From a virus (lineage: Duplodnaviria; Caudoviricetes), in the IMG/VR virus record IMGVR_UViG_3300036784_000120, positions 32,001 through 96,000 of that record: DNA of 64,000 nucleotides. One strand, 5' to 3'. A model generated the notes under the pieces. That model was given only the letters and a program-made list of their open reading frames with translations. It was not told the origin of the DNA and did no database searches. A program made the position numbers and the translations under genes. The first letter of the stretch is position 1, and every line of letters starts with the position of its first letter. This document shows positions 28,659 through 38,628 of the stretch, piece after piece.

Positions 28659-28772
28659 CATTTCTGCTGCCAGCCGAGTTGCTGCCTTCTCCGCGGCCTC
28701 CGGGGGTACGCCCGCCTGGGTCATGCAGGAAATCAGGAAGTCGATGCCCTGCTGCCGCTGCTGGTCATCCAT
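28626..28772 (-). CDS. Small protein (48 aa)
   Basis: MDDQQRQQGIDFLISCM..., TGATG-coupled to the upstream gene. Confidence 0.45.
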   Translation of the reverse strand: MDDQQRQQGIDFLISCMTQAGVPPEAAEKAATRLAAEMSGPGSVPPRP

Positions 28773-30073
28773 CAGGTGCTCCGCACGTAGTCGTCGATGA
28801 TCTGCGCCATCGGCGCGATGGCGGCGACAATGGCCGCGGCGATCGGCGCGATGCCGGTCACGATCCCGGCGATGGCCAGGCCCACCCCGGCCGTCACGAA
28901 CAGTGAGTACGCCACCAGGTGGACACGATCTTGCCGGTTGGCCTCGTTGTCGCCGTCGATCGCCTGCTTGCGAAGGAACGAGATCGTCCGCTGCTGGCTC
29001 TTGTGAAGCGCGGTGAGCTGCTTCTCCACCTCGTCATGCTGCTGCTGGGTGATCTGCCCGACCTGCCTGGCCACTTCCGCCGCGACCCGCGCATCGACGT
29101 ATGCCTTGAGCGCTGCCTGGCTGGCTCCGGGCGCTGCCAGGCTGGCCAGGGCAGGGTCGGTCTGCTGTAGCTTCTCCCCCACGGTGCCCGGCGTCGTCTT
29201 GAGAGCCTGGCCCCTGGCGACCGCTTCCTGGTGAGCAGGCGTCGGCACAGCCGCGAACACGGCAGCCGCCTGCGCCGCCGTGTCAGGCTGCCCGCTCGGC
29301 TCCGGGCGCGGCGCCACTGCCGCCTCCCTCGGGCGGAGCAGCTCGTTCATCGCCTCGGGAGCGACCCGTCCGTGCTGCCTCTCAGCCGGCGGGACATGGT
29401 ACGCCGGAACTGACGTGTGCACGGACGCACGATGCGTGGCCGGGGTTCCGGCGGCGGTTCTCGGCGTAGCCGGGCTGACTGCCTTCTCCGCTGCCCGCTG
29501 CGCCCGCACGATCTTCGCGGTGTGCTGACGGACCAGTTCCTCCTGATCAGGCGTCAGCTGGCGGCCCTGCGCGCTGGACACCGTGGCGTACCTCTTGGCC
29601 ACGAGCGCCGGGGACTCCCCGCGCTGCACGGCAGCGGCTTTAGCTTCCACGACCTTCTCGGCACGTCGTGCCTTGTTCTTCTCCCATTGCGCCGCCACCG
29701 CCGCCGACGTGTCGTTGAGCTGCTGGCCGATCAGCGGGAGCCAGCCGTGCCGGTACGTGAAGCTGGTGCCGGGGATGTGGTGACCGTGGATGGCCGCCAG
29801 GTCGAGTTGCTCCCAGATGGTCACCGGCTGGGACAGTTGCGCGCTGATCGGCACGGCGACCGTGGCCGCGGGGGCAGGCGGCCTCAGCGTGCCCACGAGG
29901 CGGGACAGCATCACCGACGCATCCCCGAGCTCGTTCGCCTCCGCGCCGTCCGCTCCGGCCGCCATCTCCCGGACGGCTTCCAGGGCGGCCGCGGCCCGCT
30001 GCTGCGGGTCCCGCCACGCCCAGCGCATGATCGAGCGCGCTTCCTCGCCCGCCGCCGTCAGCTGGACGCTCAT
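28772..30073 (-). CDS. Modular protein with C-terminal TM hairpin (ejection/cargo candidate)
   Basis: LDLAAIHGHHIPGTSFTYRHGW motif shared with 34724..38080; hydrophobic C-terminus. Confidence 0.6.
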   Translation of the reverse strand: MSVQLTAAGEEARSIMRWAWRDPQQRAAAALEAVREMAAGADGAEANELGDASVMLSRLVGTLRPPAPAATVAVPISAQLSQPVTIWEQLDLAAIHGHHIPGTSFTYRHGWLPLIGQQLNDTSAAVAAQWEKNKARRAEKVVEAKAAAVQRGESPALVAKRYATVSSAQGRQLTPDQEELVRQHTAKIVRAQRAAEKAVSPATPRTAAGTPATHRASVHTSVPAYHVPPAERQHGRVAPEAMNELLRPREAAVAPRPEPSGQPDTAAQAAAVFAAVPTPAHQEAVARGQALKTTPGTVGEKLQQTDPALASLAAPGASQAALKAYVDARVAAEVARQVGQITQQQHDEVEKQLTALHKSQQRTISFLRKQAIDGDNEANRQDRVHLVAYSLFVTAGVGLAIAGIVTGIAPIAAAIVAAIAPMAQIIDDYVRST

Positions 30074-33000
30074 GCCGCCTTCCCCTCCTCGGCCTGGAGC
30101 TGCTGAAGTTTCTGGGCAGCGGCGGCACGGAGATCAGCAGGCGTAGACGCATGGCCCTGATCCCAGTCGTCAGCGATATTCGCGGCTGCGGCAACCGTCA
30201 TCGCGTACGCCTGCTGCTGGTTGGCAGGGAGCATGTCACCGATCACCTGCCTGGCCATGACGTTCGGCTTGTCCAGCGTCCCGACCGCGTTCACCTGGTC
30301 CGCGATGTCCCTGATCGCAGCCATGGTGGCCGGGTCATTCTCCGGCTTGCCGGTTTTCATCTGCGCGGTCATCGACGCCCACTCGAACGCCTGCGCCGTC
30401 TGCTGCGGGTAGTGGCCCCACGAGTCCCCGGTCCTGATCGCGTCCGGTGACGACTTGTTGGCGGCCAGGTCAGACATGGTGGCACCAGGCGGGGCGTGCG
30501 GCGCGTCCGTGCCCGGTCCCCTGGCTATCGGCCTGTCCCCGATGCCCAGCTTGCCGAAATACTCACCGGCATGCTGAATAGCGCCCAGCTCAGTGAACCC
30601 CTCCTCTATATCGGCATTGCCCATGGACATGTTGTACGCTTCCTTGTCCCCGTTGGTTTCGCGGCTCTGCCCTTCGGGCACTACGGCGTGGATCAGCTCG
30701 TGCAGGTTCACCGCGTATGCGCCGGGCACCTTGACCGGCTGGTCAGGGTTATTCTCCGCGTCGGCTATCCCGGCGGCCACGTCGTTGCGCATGTCCATGT
30801 GGCCGTTCCAGTCCATGATCGCCAGGTCATTGCCCATGCTCGGGGACCACTTGCTGTACGTCGTGGGCGGCTTGCCGTCCCAGTCCAGGTGCGTGTCCGG
30901 GCCGAACATGTGCGGCACTATGGGAGCCGACCTGGCAATCAGCCTCCCGGCAGTTGCCTCGTCGCTCTTGCTTATGTGCTCAGTCCGGGAAATCTGGTTT
31001 TCTAGCTTGGTTATCTCATCCCCTTCGCCGCTCTTGACCCACTCCCCGCGGTGCCCGCGCAGTTCCGCCCGCCAGGCGTCACGCCAGCTCAGTTCCACTC
31101 CGGAAGACGGCACTTCACGAATGATGCGGACCGGGGATTTCGTTTGATGCTGGTCAGAACCGGCGGCGATTGGCCAGTGCTTCCCCGTGGGCTCAACCTC
31201 ATACACGTGCGGGTCACCCAGGCCGCCCCGGTCCCGTTCTGCGTAGTGCAGGGCATGCCGGACAGATCCCGCGATGTAAACAGACTTCGGGTCACTGTGC
31301 TCGGGACCGAAATTAGCCCGGTGCCCCACGGCCGGGTCAATAACGTCGCCCGGCTTGTGCACGTCACTGGTGCCATGGAACCATCGGCCGCCCGGCCCGC
31401 GATCCTCAGTCTCCCAGTCCAGTTCGATGACCTGCCCGGAGATCGAGTTGCTCGCGGAGATGATCCCGGCCGGCGGCTCGGTGTCCTCGTCTGCCCCGGT
31501 GTCTTCGGGTTCGTCGTGGGGCTGCTGCACTGCGACGGCCTGGGAGTGCCAGTGGCCGGGCCCGCGGAAGTGGTGGCCGCTGCCCACCGGGGTGCTCATC
31601 GCAGCTGCGGCGTGCTCGGGGACGTGCGGTGGCCAGAACCCGTCGCCGGACGCGAAATGGTAGGCGCCGCCGATCGCATGGGTGTACGCGCCGATCGTCT
31701 CCACCTGCCGCAGGCTGTCGAGCACCGTCACCGGGTCGATGTCGATCCGGTTCAGGTCATCGTCGTGGAACACCCCCAGGTACGAGCCGCCCTTGGCGAG
31801 CTGCTTGCCGTACTTGGACAGCGCGATGTTCATCGCCTCGTCGAACTGCTCGCGGCTGGCATGCTCGTCGATCGAGGTGGTGTCCAGGCCGGTCGGCTTG
31901 ATGCTCATCGCGTACTTGTCGGCGCCCTGCGGCAGGTCCTGCCCGGACCGCGGGTCGATGGTCGCGCCGCCCCACGACTTCTGCACCTCAGCGTAGGTGC
32001 GTGCCTTGATAGCCTCCCAGTTTTTGCGCATCCCCTCGGTGGTCCACGGCTGATGCTGAATGTCGTGGAGCCGGTCGCGGCCTTCCGCCGCCATCTGATG
32101 GAACTCGTCTTCGCTGACCGGCCTCGAGTTACCCCGCGCGCCTTCACCGCGGATCGGCTCAGTGACCTTCTCGAGCAGGCCCGCGCCGCCGCGGGTCCAC
32201 CGGCCGTCACGGTCGCGGGGCTCATCCCGCCACCCTTCCCAGCCGCGCAAGTCGATCAGGCGGGCCTGCCCGCTGACTGTCATGTCCTGCTCAGGTGCCA
32301 CCTCACGGACAACGCGCACCGGATGCGTGGTGCGGAAATCCTCCCCAGGCCGCCCGTCTGGATCCGCTTCCACTGGCCCGGTGGGTTCTACCTCATAGAC
32401 ATGCGCAGCCGCGTTCTCGTCCCGGGCCGCGCGCAGCCGGCCGATGCGATTGTGGGCGACGGTCGCGGCACGGTCGGCGTAGCGGGTAGCTACCTTGACG
32501 CTACGAGACACATGGTTGTACTGCCCCTGCAGACCGTTCACGTTCTCAAGACGGGGATCACGGGATGTGGCTGGGTGCCCTGTCTCAACTAGATCCCCGG
32601 GCTTCAGTACCGCGCTGGTGCCGTGGAAAAACTGGCCGTGCTCGTCCCGCGGTTCTGTCCGCCAGCCTTCCCAGTCGGATGCCGCCAGCTGCGCGGTCCC
32701 GCCGTACCGGGCATGCTGCTTCCCGCCGCCTTCCTCAGCGTCGGCCGTGACCTTATCCAGCCCGGCCAGCCATTTCGCCTCGGCCGGGTAGTTGTCGGTG
32801 AAGTGGACGGCGAGTTTCCCCGCATGCTCCACCGCGCCGGCGAGGTGCTTCTCGCAGTGGTCGGCGTTGAACTCCCATTCGGCGCCGTCCGGATCGGTGT
32901 CGGCTGTCATCGCTTCGGCGTGCCGGGATCCGTGGGTGAGCTCGTGGAGCGTTGTCTCGAGGAGATGCGCGGTGGTGGCGCTCTTGGCGGCGCTGCTGAC

Positions 33001-34089
33001 TGCCTTCGCCAGCCCGATCACGTTCCAGTCGTCAGCTACTGCCATGTCGGCTGGATAGTCAACGAAACCGGTCACGGGGCGGACACCTGCCACCATCTTC
33101 GCGGGGATGTCCTTCTTCAGCGCATAGGCAGCCCCGCCCATATGATCTTGCGCGGGCCACAGGAACTCGCTGGCCCTCGACTTCGGGATGCGGATCTTTA
33201 CGGTGGCGCGGTCACCTGCGCCGCGGCTGGCGTACGCATCGGCTGTCTGCCGGTTTACGGTAGTGACGGGCCATTTCGCGGGATAGATGTGCCCTTCTGA
33301 GACATGCAGGCCGGTTTTGGCGATGGAGTCGGCATTCTCCCGGCTCGTACCGTGGTAGAGCGTGATCCACTCGCCGTGCCCCCCCCGCGCCTCGTGTTCC
33401 CATGCGGCCAGGTCCAGTGCCGCGGCCTGCTGCCCGGTCAGCCCGACCGCCTGGCGGACCTGCTCGAGTTCCGCCGCCTCAGCGGGGTAATGCTCGCGGA
33501 GGTTCGCGGTGAGCCAGTGCGCGTCGTCGAGGGCGGAGGCCAGGTGCCGGGCGACATGCGTGCAGTGATACGCGCGCAACGCCCCGGCCGCGGCCCGGGC
33601 GGCGGTCATCCGGCCGGCGGCGTGCGCGAGGTTATGCAGGATCCCGTCGACACGGTGGGCGGTGAACATGGCGATCGCCGCACGATCGCCGGGGACGGGC
33701 AGGCCGGGTGCTGTCATCGCCGCCGGGGCAACCGTCACCGCGGCGGCCAGGTCCAGCGCCTGGGCGGTGATACTGGCGTGCTCCTGGCCGGGCTGCGGGT
33801 CGTTGCGGCGTTCGATCAGCTCGTGGGCGATCTCAAGCCAGTCAACTGCGGCCGGGTCACCGCCGGACGCTGCGAGGTCCTCGAGCACGGCACGGGGCAC
33901 CAGGTGCTCGTGCAGCGTGTCCGCGACAGTGTGCGGGTTACCCGGGTATTCGCGGGCCACGTCGAGGGCCTGCCGCAGCACATCCTCGTTGGTGAAGATC
34001 CACTTCACCAGGTGCATGGTTTCCTGGGTGTGCCAGCCTTGCCCGGTGAAACCGGGGACATGGCCGTCAATCTGAGCGGTGATCGTCAT
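30070..34089 (-). CDS. Polyvalent protein: three ADP-ribosyltransferase-like domains, a HEXXH metallopeptidase and His-rich repeats
   Basis: YHGT once and FHGT twice, VYEVEPTG twice, LHELIH...EEGFTE. Confidence 0.78.
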   Translation of the reverse strand: MTITAQIDGHVPGFTGQGWHTQETMHLVKWIFTNEDVLRQALDVAREYPGNPHTVADTLHEHLVPRAVLEDLAASGGDPAAVDWLEIAHELIERRNDPQPGQEHASITAQALDLAAAVTVAPAAMTAPGLPVPGDRAAIAMFTAHRVDGILHNLAHAAGRMTAARAAAGALRAYHCTHVARHLASALDDAHWLTANLREHYPAEAAELEQVRQAVGLTGQQAAALDLAAWEHEARGGHGEWITLYHGTSRENADSIAKTGLHVSEGHIYPAKWPVTTVNRQTADAYASRGAGDRATVKIRIPKSRASEFLWPAQDHMGGAAYALKKDIPAKMVAGVRPVTGFVDYPADMAVADDWNVIGLAKAVSSAAKSATTAHLLETTLHELTHGSRHAEAMTADTDPDGAEWEFNADHCEKHLAGAVEHAGKLAVHFTDNYPAEAKWLAGLDKVTADAEEGGGKQHARYGGTAQLAASDWEGWRTEPRDEHGQFFHGTSAVLKPGDLVETGHPATSRDPRLENVNGLQGQYNHVSRSVKVATRYADRAATVAHNRIGRLRAARDENAAAHVYEVEPTGPVEADPDGRPGEDFRTTHPVRVVREVAPEQDMTVSGQARLIDLRGWEGWRDEPRDRDGRWTRGGAGLLEKVTEPIRGEGARGNSRPVSEDEFHQMAAEGRDRLHDIQHQPWTTEGMRKNWEAIKARTYAEVQKSWGGATIDPRSGQDLPQGADKYAMSIKPTGLDTTSIDEHASREQFDEAMNIALSKYGKQLAKGGSYLGVFHDDDLNRIDIDPVTVLDSLRQVETIGAYTHAIGGAYHFASGDGFWPPHVPEHAAAAMSTPVGSGHHFRGPGHWHSQAVAVQQPHDEPEDTGADEDTEPPAGIISASNSISGQVIELDWETEDRGPGGRWFHGTSDVHKPGDVIDPAVGHRANFGPEHSDPKSVYIAGSVRHALHYAERDRGGLGDPHVYEVEPTGKHWPIAAGSDQHQTKSPVRIIREVPSSGVELSWRDAWRAELRGHRGEWVKSGEGDEITKLENQISRTEHISKSDEATAGRLIARSAPIVPHMFGPDTHLDWDGKPPTTYSKWSPSMGNDLAIMDWNGHMDMRNDVAAGIADAENNPDQPVKVPGAYAVNLHELIHAVVPEGQSRETNGDKEAYNMSMGNADIEEGFTELGAIQHAGEYFGKLGIGDRPIARGPGTDAPHAPPGATMSDLAANKSSPDAIRTGDSWGHYPQQTAQAFEWASMTAQMKTGKPENDPATMAAIRDIADQVNAVGTLDKPNVMARQVIGDMLPANQQQAYAMTVAAAANIADDWDQGHASTPADLRAAAAQKLQQLQAEEGKAA

Positions 34090-34337
34090 CCCGTCGCCGC
34101 CCTCGATCGTTTCCCTGTCCCGCTGCAGTGCTCGCAGGGCACGGTGTCATCCACCGTCGCGGCGGCCCGGGCGCGTTCCTGCCGCCGCCATTCGAGGTAC
34201 TCGTTCGACAGGACCCGGATGCTGGTCGGGACGGGGCGCCCGCACCGCCACAGCCGCACATGGGTGGCGCGGGCCTCACGCAGCACAGCGATACGGTCCT
34301 CGTCGATCGTGGTGGTCTCGGCGGGCTGGGTGGTCAC
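34086..34337 (-). CDS. Hypothetical protein with C-terminal CEHC
   Basis: 83 aa, overlaps neighbours. Confidence 0.55.
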   Translation of the reverse strand: MTTQPAETTTIDEDRIAVLREARATHVRLWRCGRPVPTSIRVLSNEYLEWRRQERARAAATVDDTVPCEHCSGTGKRSRAATG

Positions 34338-34714
34338 AGCGCCCGCCGTTCCTGCCCGGCGGCGGGCAGTTCCCGGTCTGCGTTCTCCCAGTTCCGCCAG
34401 ATAGTCATCAGCTCAGCGAGGCATTCCGCATAGGTCGGCTTGGTGATGATGAGCATCCGCTGCATGACGGTGGTGAGGTGCCAGCCGTCGAGCGCCTGAA
34501 CGGCATCGACCGCGGCCTGGAACGCGGATCCTTTCAGGTCTTTGCTCGCGTACAGCCGTTTCCCGGCGGGCACGTCGACACCGACCATGACCCATTCGGG
34601 GTCCAGTTCACCCGCTGGCCGGGGCGGCTGGTAGCTGCCGCTGCCCCGTTGCCGCCTGGGGGCGTCCGCCGCGGCGGCGGAGCCCGGTCGGCTGTACCGT
34701 TCGACCTCGGTCAT
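34334..34714 (-). CDS. Hypothetical protein
   Basis: 126 aa. Confidence 0.6.
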   Translation of the reverse strand: MTEVERYSRPGSAAAADAPRRQRGSGSYQPPRPAGELDPEWVMVGVDVPAGKRLYASKDLKGSAFQAAVDAVQALDGWHLTTVMQRMLIITKPTYAECLAELMTIWRNWENADRELPAAGQERRAL

Positions 34715-34723
34715 GCCGGCTCG

Positions 34724-37700
34724 CTAAAGTTTCGCGGCCTGCGCGGTGAGCGCGGCCGCCTGGGTCAGCAGGGCGGTGACCTGCTTGGTCAGCGCGGTGA
34801 TCTGCGCCTTGATCTGCAGCTGCGACATGCTCTTTTGCAGCGCGGCGGTCTGCGCCGGGGTGACCGCGCTCGCGGCGGCCTTCACTCCGGCGGTGACCTG
34901 GGAGGCGACCGTGGACGCGGCGGTGGCGGTCTTGGCGGCGGTGGTGGTCTTGGCTGCCGTCGTCTTCGCCGCGGTCGTGGCGGTGGTGGCTTTCTTGGCG
35001 GCGGTCGTGGCCCCGGCCTGCTTGGTGGTGGTGCCCTTGAGCGCGGCTTTCAGCAACGCGAGCTGCTTCATCTTGGCCGCAGCCTGCGCCCGCAGCGCGG
35101 CGGCCTGCTTGTTGAGGGCCGCCTTCTGGCTGGCCTTTGAGTTAGCACCGCCGCCGGCCCCGCTAGCTCCACTGCCGCCGCTGCCGAACTGGCCGCCGCC
35201 GAGCTGCCCGGCCGCGATCCGCGGGTCTTGCGCCGCCCCCGCCGCCGTGCCCGTCAGCTCAACCACCACCGAGGACAGGTCATCCCAGGTGCGGCCTCTC
35301 CTGGCAGTCGCCGGCCGGCTGGCCGTCAACTCAACCACCGATGCCACGTTGTCCCATGTCACGGTCATCATCTTCGCCGCCTGTGCCTGTGTCTGCCACG
35401 CTGATGCGAGCAGGTCGCTGATCTGGGTGTTGAGCAGCGCGACCCGCTGCCCGTCGCCGCCGGTTTTGCGCAGCGCGTCCCGCTGCCTGATCAGTGCGGC
35501 GGCCTTCGCCTGCCCCTCCTGGGCGGTGACCATCGCCTCCGCCTCCGCCGTGGACACGCCGTTAGCCTGCGCGACGCGGGCGACCTTCTTCGCGCGGGCG
35601 GCCTGCGCCTTGGCCGGCACGGCGGCGGGCTTCGCCGGCGCGGCGGTCTGCGCGGCGGGCTTCACCGGCGCGGCAGCCGCAGCAGCCGGGTCCGGCGCGG
35701 CGGCCTTCACCGGCACGGCAGCCGGGGCCGGAGCGGCAGCCTGGCCGCCTTTGACAGCGCCCTTCGGCGGGTTGAGCACCGCCGCGAACTCGAGCGCGGC
35801 GGTCTGCGAGCTGAACTGGCCGGGATCATCGAGGCGGTTGCCCGGACCCTTGGCTATGGCCCGCTGGTTGGCGGCCAGGGGGTTGGACGTAACCGCGCGG
35901 ATAGCGTTAGCCATGCCAGCAGCCCGGCCACTTCGCTTTTGGAACCCGAAACTGGGATTCGGCCAGCCGGACTTGACCTCGAACTGTTCCTTCCGGCCGC
36001 CGGGGAACTCCATCAGGACGCGCTGCGGACCCTTGGGGCTGACCAGCTTGCCCTGCTTGTTCCTCACGGGCAGCATGTTGCGGCTGCCGCGCACGACTCC
36101 CCGCCCGTACTTCGGGTGGGTGTGTATGGTGCCCGGCTCCGTCTCGGTGATCCCGCCGACCAGGACCCACCCGTGGTGGTACGTGTACCCGGTCCCCGGA
36201 AGGTGGTGCCCCGCGATCGAGGCCAGCTCGATCACCCGGTCGAGGTCACGCCAGGTCCAGCTCAGTTCGTCCATGCCGCCGTTAGGCCCTCCGCCGTAGC
36301 CGCCGCTGTCGACCAGTTCCTGCTGGATCTTGCGACTGGAGAGTGTCGGCGGCCCGTACGAGCTGAGTGCCGCGTTGTCCTTGAACTCCTGGATCTTCGC
36401 TGCCGCCAGGTCAGACGCCTGCATCCACAGCTGATGCGACCGTTGCATGTCACCGGCTGCCGCCGCCGCGCGGGACTGCCTCACCAGCCGCACGACATCC
36501 GGGTGCTTGTTGGCCGCCGCCCTGGCCTTCTCGTCCAGCGAATTCGGGTCGGGGGCACTCGTGTCAGACCAGGCAGCCCCGCCGCCGGACCACTCGCCGC
36601 GACGGTTACGCCGCTGCGCCGGGTTGAAATGGCTGAGGAAACCCAGTTCGATCGGGTCGAAGCGCCAGGCCAGTTCAACCACTGCCGCGACATCATCCCA
36701 GGTCGCGGCGTGACCGTGGATGGCCCTGGCTGCCGCGCCTTTCGCTTTCTCCTCCGCCAGCGCTCCCGCCGCCGCAGCACGGACCTCCGGGTGGGCGTGA
36801 CCGCCGCCCCGCGACCATTTCCGCAGCGCCCCGTACGCGATCGCCGACGCGCGGCCCTTGTCCATGCCCCGCTTCTCCATCAGGGCCTTGACGACCTGCT
36901 CGAAGTAGTCGGAATGCTTCATGCCCTTGACGCCGTACAGGCCGGGTCCGCCCGGCTTCCCGTACGGCGCCGGGGTGACCGCCAGCCGGCCTGTCTGGGC
37001 ACTGAACTCGAACAGCGGTGCGCCGTTCCTGGTGGGACCGTATCCGTACTTTTTCGTGCTCTTGCGGATCGCCTTGGGCAGCGGCTGCCCTATGATGCGC
37101 GCCAGGCTGGCGATGTCCGCCTTGCCCACCTTGGACCGGCTGGAGTTGCGCTCGCGCTCGCGCATGGCCTTCACGCTGTGACTGGTCGCGCCCTTGGTCA
37201 GCCTCTTAACCAGCGCGTTCACCAGATCGTCACTGGACCACTCGCCGTGCTTGCCGCGCTTCTCGCCCGGGTCGTAGTGGTGCCCCAGCCCGATCACGCG
37301 GTCAAGGTCACCCCACCCGTATGCCGCGAACTGCTTAGAACCGTTCGGCTGCCCGCGCTGCGGGTCCGCCACGGCCGGGTCACTGCCGCCGCTGCTGGTC
37401 CGGTCCGGGGCGTTCAGGGCCCGGTCACCGCCCGGCTGCCTCGCGGTTGGCCTGGCGGCGAGCGCTCCCGGACCGTACCCGGCGTTCGGGTCGCGGCCCG
37501 GCGGGGCTGACGCGTCGTCACCGTAGGAGTCCCGCCGGAGCGCCGCCTGGTTCCGCTCCGCCACATCGGCGATGTCTTTGACGAGCAGCAGGTGCCGGTG
37601 GACGCCGTGCATCGTCAGGCGGGCGGCGGTGTGCGCGTCGTCGGTGTGCAGGCCGTGCCGCATCAGCGACTGCGGGGTCAGGGAGAACATGGCGGCCCGC

Positions 37701-38080
37701 AGATGCCGCTGGGCGGCTTCCTCGTTCCCCGCGCGGAGCGTCCTGGCTGCGTCCCGGACATGCTGGTGGACGATCATGTCGGGATGGTCGGCGGCGATGT
37801 GGTCGGCGAGTTTGCTCATCGACTTCGCGGCCTGCACCCGCATCGGGGTCAGCGGCGTGTGCCTCGAGCGGCGGAACGCCGGCGGCGGGACGGCGGCAGG
37901 AGGTACGGAATTGGCTCCCCGCGCGCCTACCGTTTTCGCCGGAGTTGAACCGGTCCCTGCTCTTACCTGCGGATTGACCGCCGTCCTCCGCCCGCCGCGG
38001 CTGCGTGAGACAGCGCCAGCCGGCTTACCCAGCGGACGGCCAGGGGGCGCCTTCTTGACTGCTGCCGGGGAAGCGGTCAT
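34724..38080 (-). CDS. Large basic modular protein with repeated WxD..V[VI]EL motifs and a histone-H1-like tail
   Basis: 1118 aa; AAKKATT repeats. Confidence 0.7.
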   Translation of the reverse strand: MTASPAAVKKAPPGRPLGKPAGAVSRSRGGRRTAVNPQVRAGTGSTPAKTVGARGANSVPPAAVPPPAFRRSRHTPLTPMRVQAAKSMSKLADHIAADHPDMIVHQHVRDAARTLRAGNEEAAQRHLRAAMFSLTPQSLMRHGLHTDDAHTAARLTMHGVHRHLLLVKDIADVAERNQAALRRDSYGDDASAPPGRDPNAGYGPGALAARPTARQPGGDRALNAPDRTSSGGSDPAVADPQRGQPNGSKQFAAYGWGDLDRVIGLGHHYDPGEKRGKHGEWSSDDLVNALVKRLTKGATSHSVKAMRERERNSSRSKVGKADIASLARIIGQPLPKAIRKSTKKYGYGPTRNGAPLFEFSAQTGRLAVTPAPYGKPGGPGLYGVKGMKHSDYFEQVVKALMEKRGMDKGRASAIAYGALRKWSRGGGHAHPEVRAAAAGALAEEKAKGAAARAIHGHAATWDDVAAVVELAWRFDPIELGFLSHFNPAQRRNRRGEWSGGGAAWSDTSAPDPNSLDEKARAAANKHPDVVRLVRQSRAAAAAGDMQRSHQLWMQASDLAAAKIQEFKDNAALSSYGPPTLSSRKIQQELVDSGGYGGGPNGGMDELSWTWRDLDRVIELASIAGHHLPGTGYTYHHGWVLVGGITETEPGTIHTHPKYGRGVVRGSRNMLPVRNKQGKLVSPKGPQRVLMEFPGGRKEQFEVKSGWPNPSFGFQKRSGRAAGMANAIRAVTSNPLAANQRAIAKGPGNRLDDPGQFSSQTAALEFAAVLNPPKGAVKGGQAAAPAPAAVPVKAAAPDPAAAAAAPVKPAAQTAAPAKPAAVPAKAQAARAKKVARVAQANGVSTAEAEAMVTAQEGQAKAAALIRQRDALRKTGGDGQRVALLNTQISDLLASAWQTQAQAAKMMTVTWDNVASVVELTASRPATARRGRTWDDLSSVVVELTGTAAGAAQDPRIAAGQLGGGQFGSGGSGASGAGGGANSKASQKAALNKQAAALRAQAAAKMKQLALLKAALKGTTTKQAGATTAAKKATTATTAAKTTAAKTTTAAKTATAASTVASQVTAGVKAAASAVTPAQTAALQKSMSQLQIKAQITALTKQVTALLTQAAALTAQAAKL

Positions 38081-38628
38081 GTGATCCTCACCTTCCCGCG
38101 CATGGCGAGCGTCACCAGCGCAGACTCCCAGCCCGTGTCACCCAGCGTCTCAACCCCGATCGGGCGGCCTTCGCCGTCCACGTCAACCATCAAGTCATCA
38201 CCGACGGGAATGGTGCGCGCTACCGGTGTCTTCTCCGGCAGCAGGTACACGTAGCCGAGCCGCAATCCGTTCCCGGTTTCCTCCCGTGCCTTAGCCAGCG
38301 CCGGCCGCAGGTCGAGGATGCCGACCACCCGGCCGTCCGGCAGCGGCACTTTCGCCAGCATCGGATGCCCGTGGTGGAGCCGGTTCGATTCGGCCCACAC
38401 GTCAGCTGCCTCATCGTCCCGGTAGATGGACGCATACACGTCGTCGGCGGTGACAGCCGGGTCGACGGGAACCTGCGTGGTCCTGGCCAGCGCCAGGGCG
38501 TCAGCACCAGCGATGTGCTCTGGCATGCCGTACTGCGCGGCCATCCCGGCACGCCGGGCGCTGCGCTCCACTACCCCGGCGGCCCGCGCCGGGTCGGCGT
38601 AGAACTCGTACGCCTCGTCATCGCTCAT
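38077..38628 (-). CDS. Protein with C-terminal DUF2283-like domain
   Basis: GYVYL...VARTIPVGDDLMVDVDGEGRPIGVE. Confidence 0.65.
   Translation of the reverse strand: MSDDEAYEFYADPARAAGVVERSARRAGMAAQYGMPEHIAGADALALARTTQVPVDPAVTADDVYASIYRDDEAADVWAESNRLHHGHPMLAKVPLPDGRVVGILDLRPALAKAREETGNGLRLGYVYLLPEKTPVARTIPVGDDLMVDVDGEGRPIGVETLGDTGWESALVTLAMRGKVRIT

Noticed and set aside
31108-32632. Bona fide rifampin-resistance arr genes
   Set aside because: Only the fold motifs match; the domains are embedded in a phage polyprotein and the substrate is unknown
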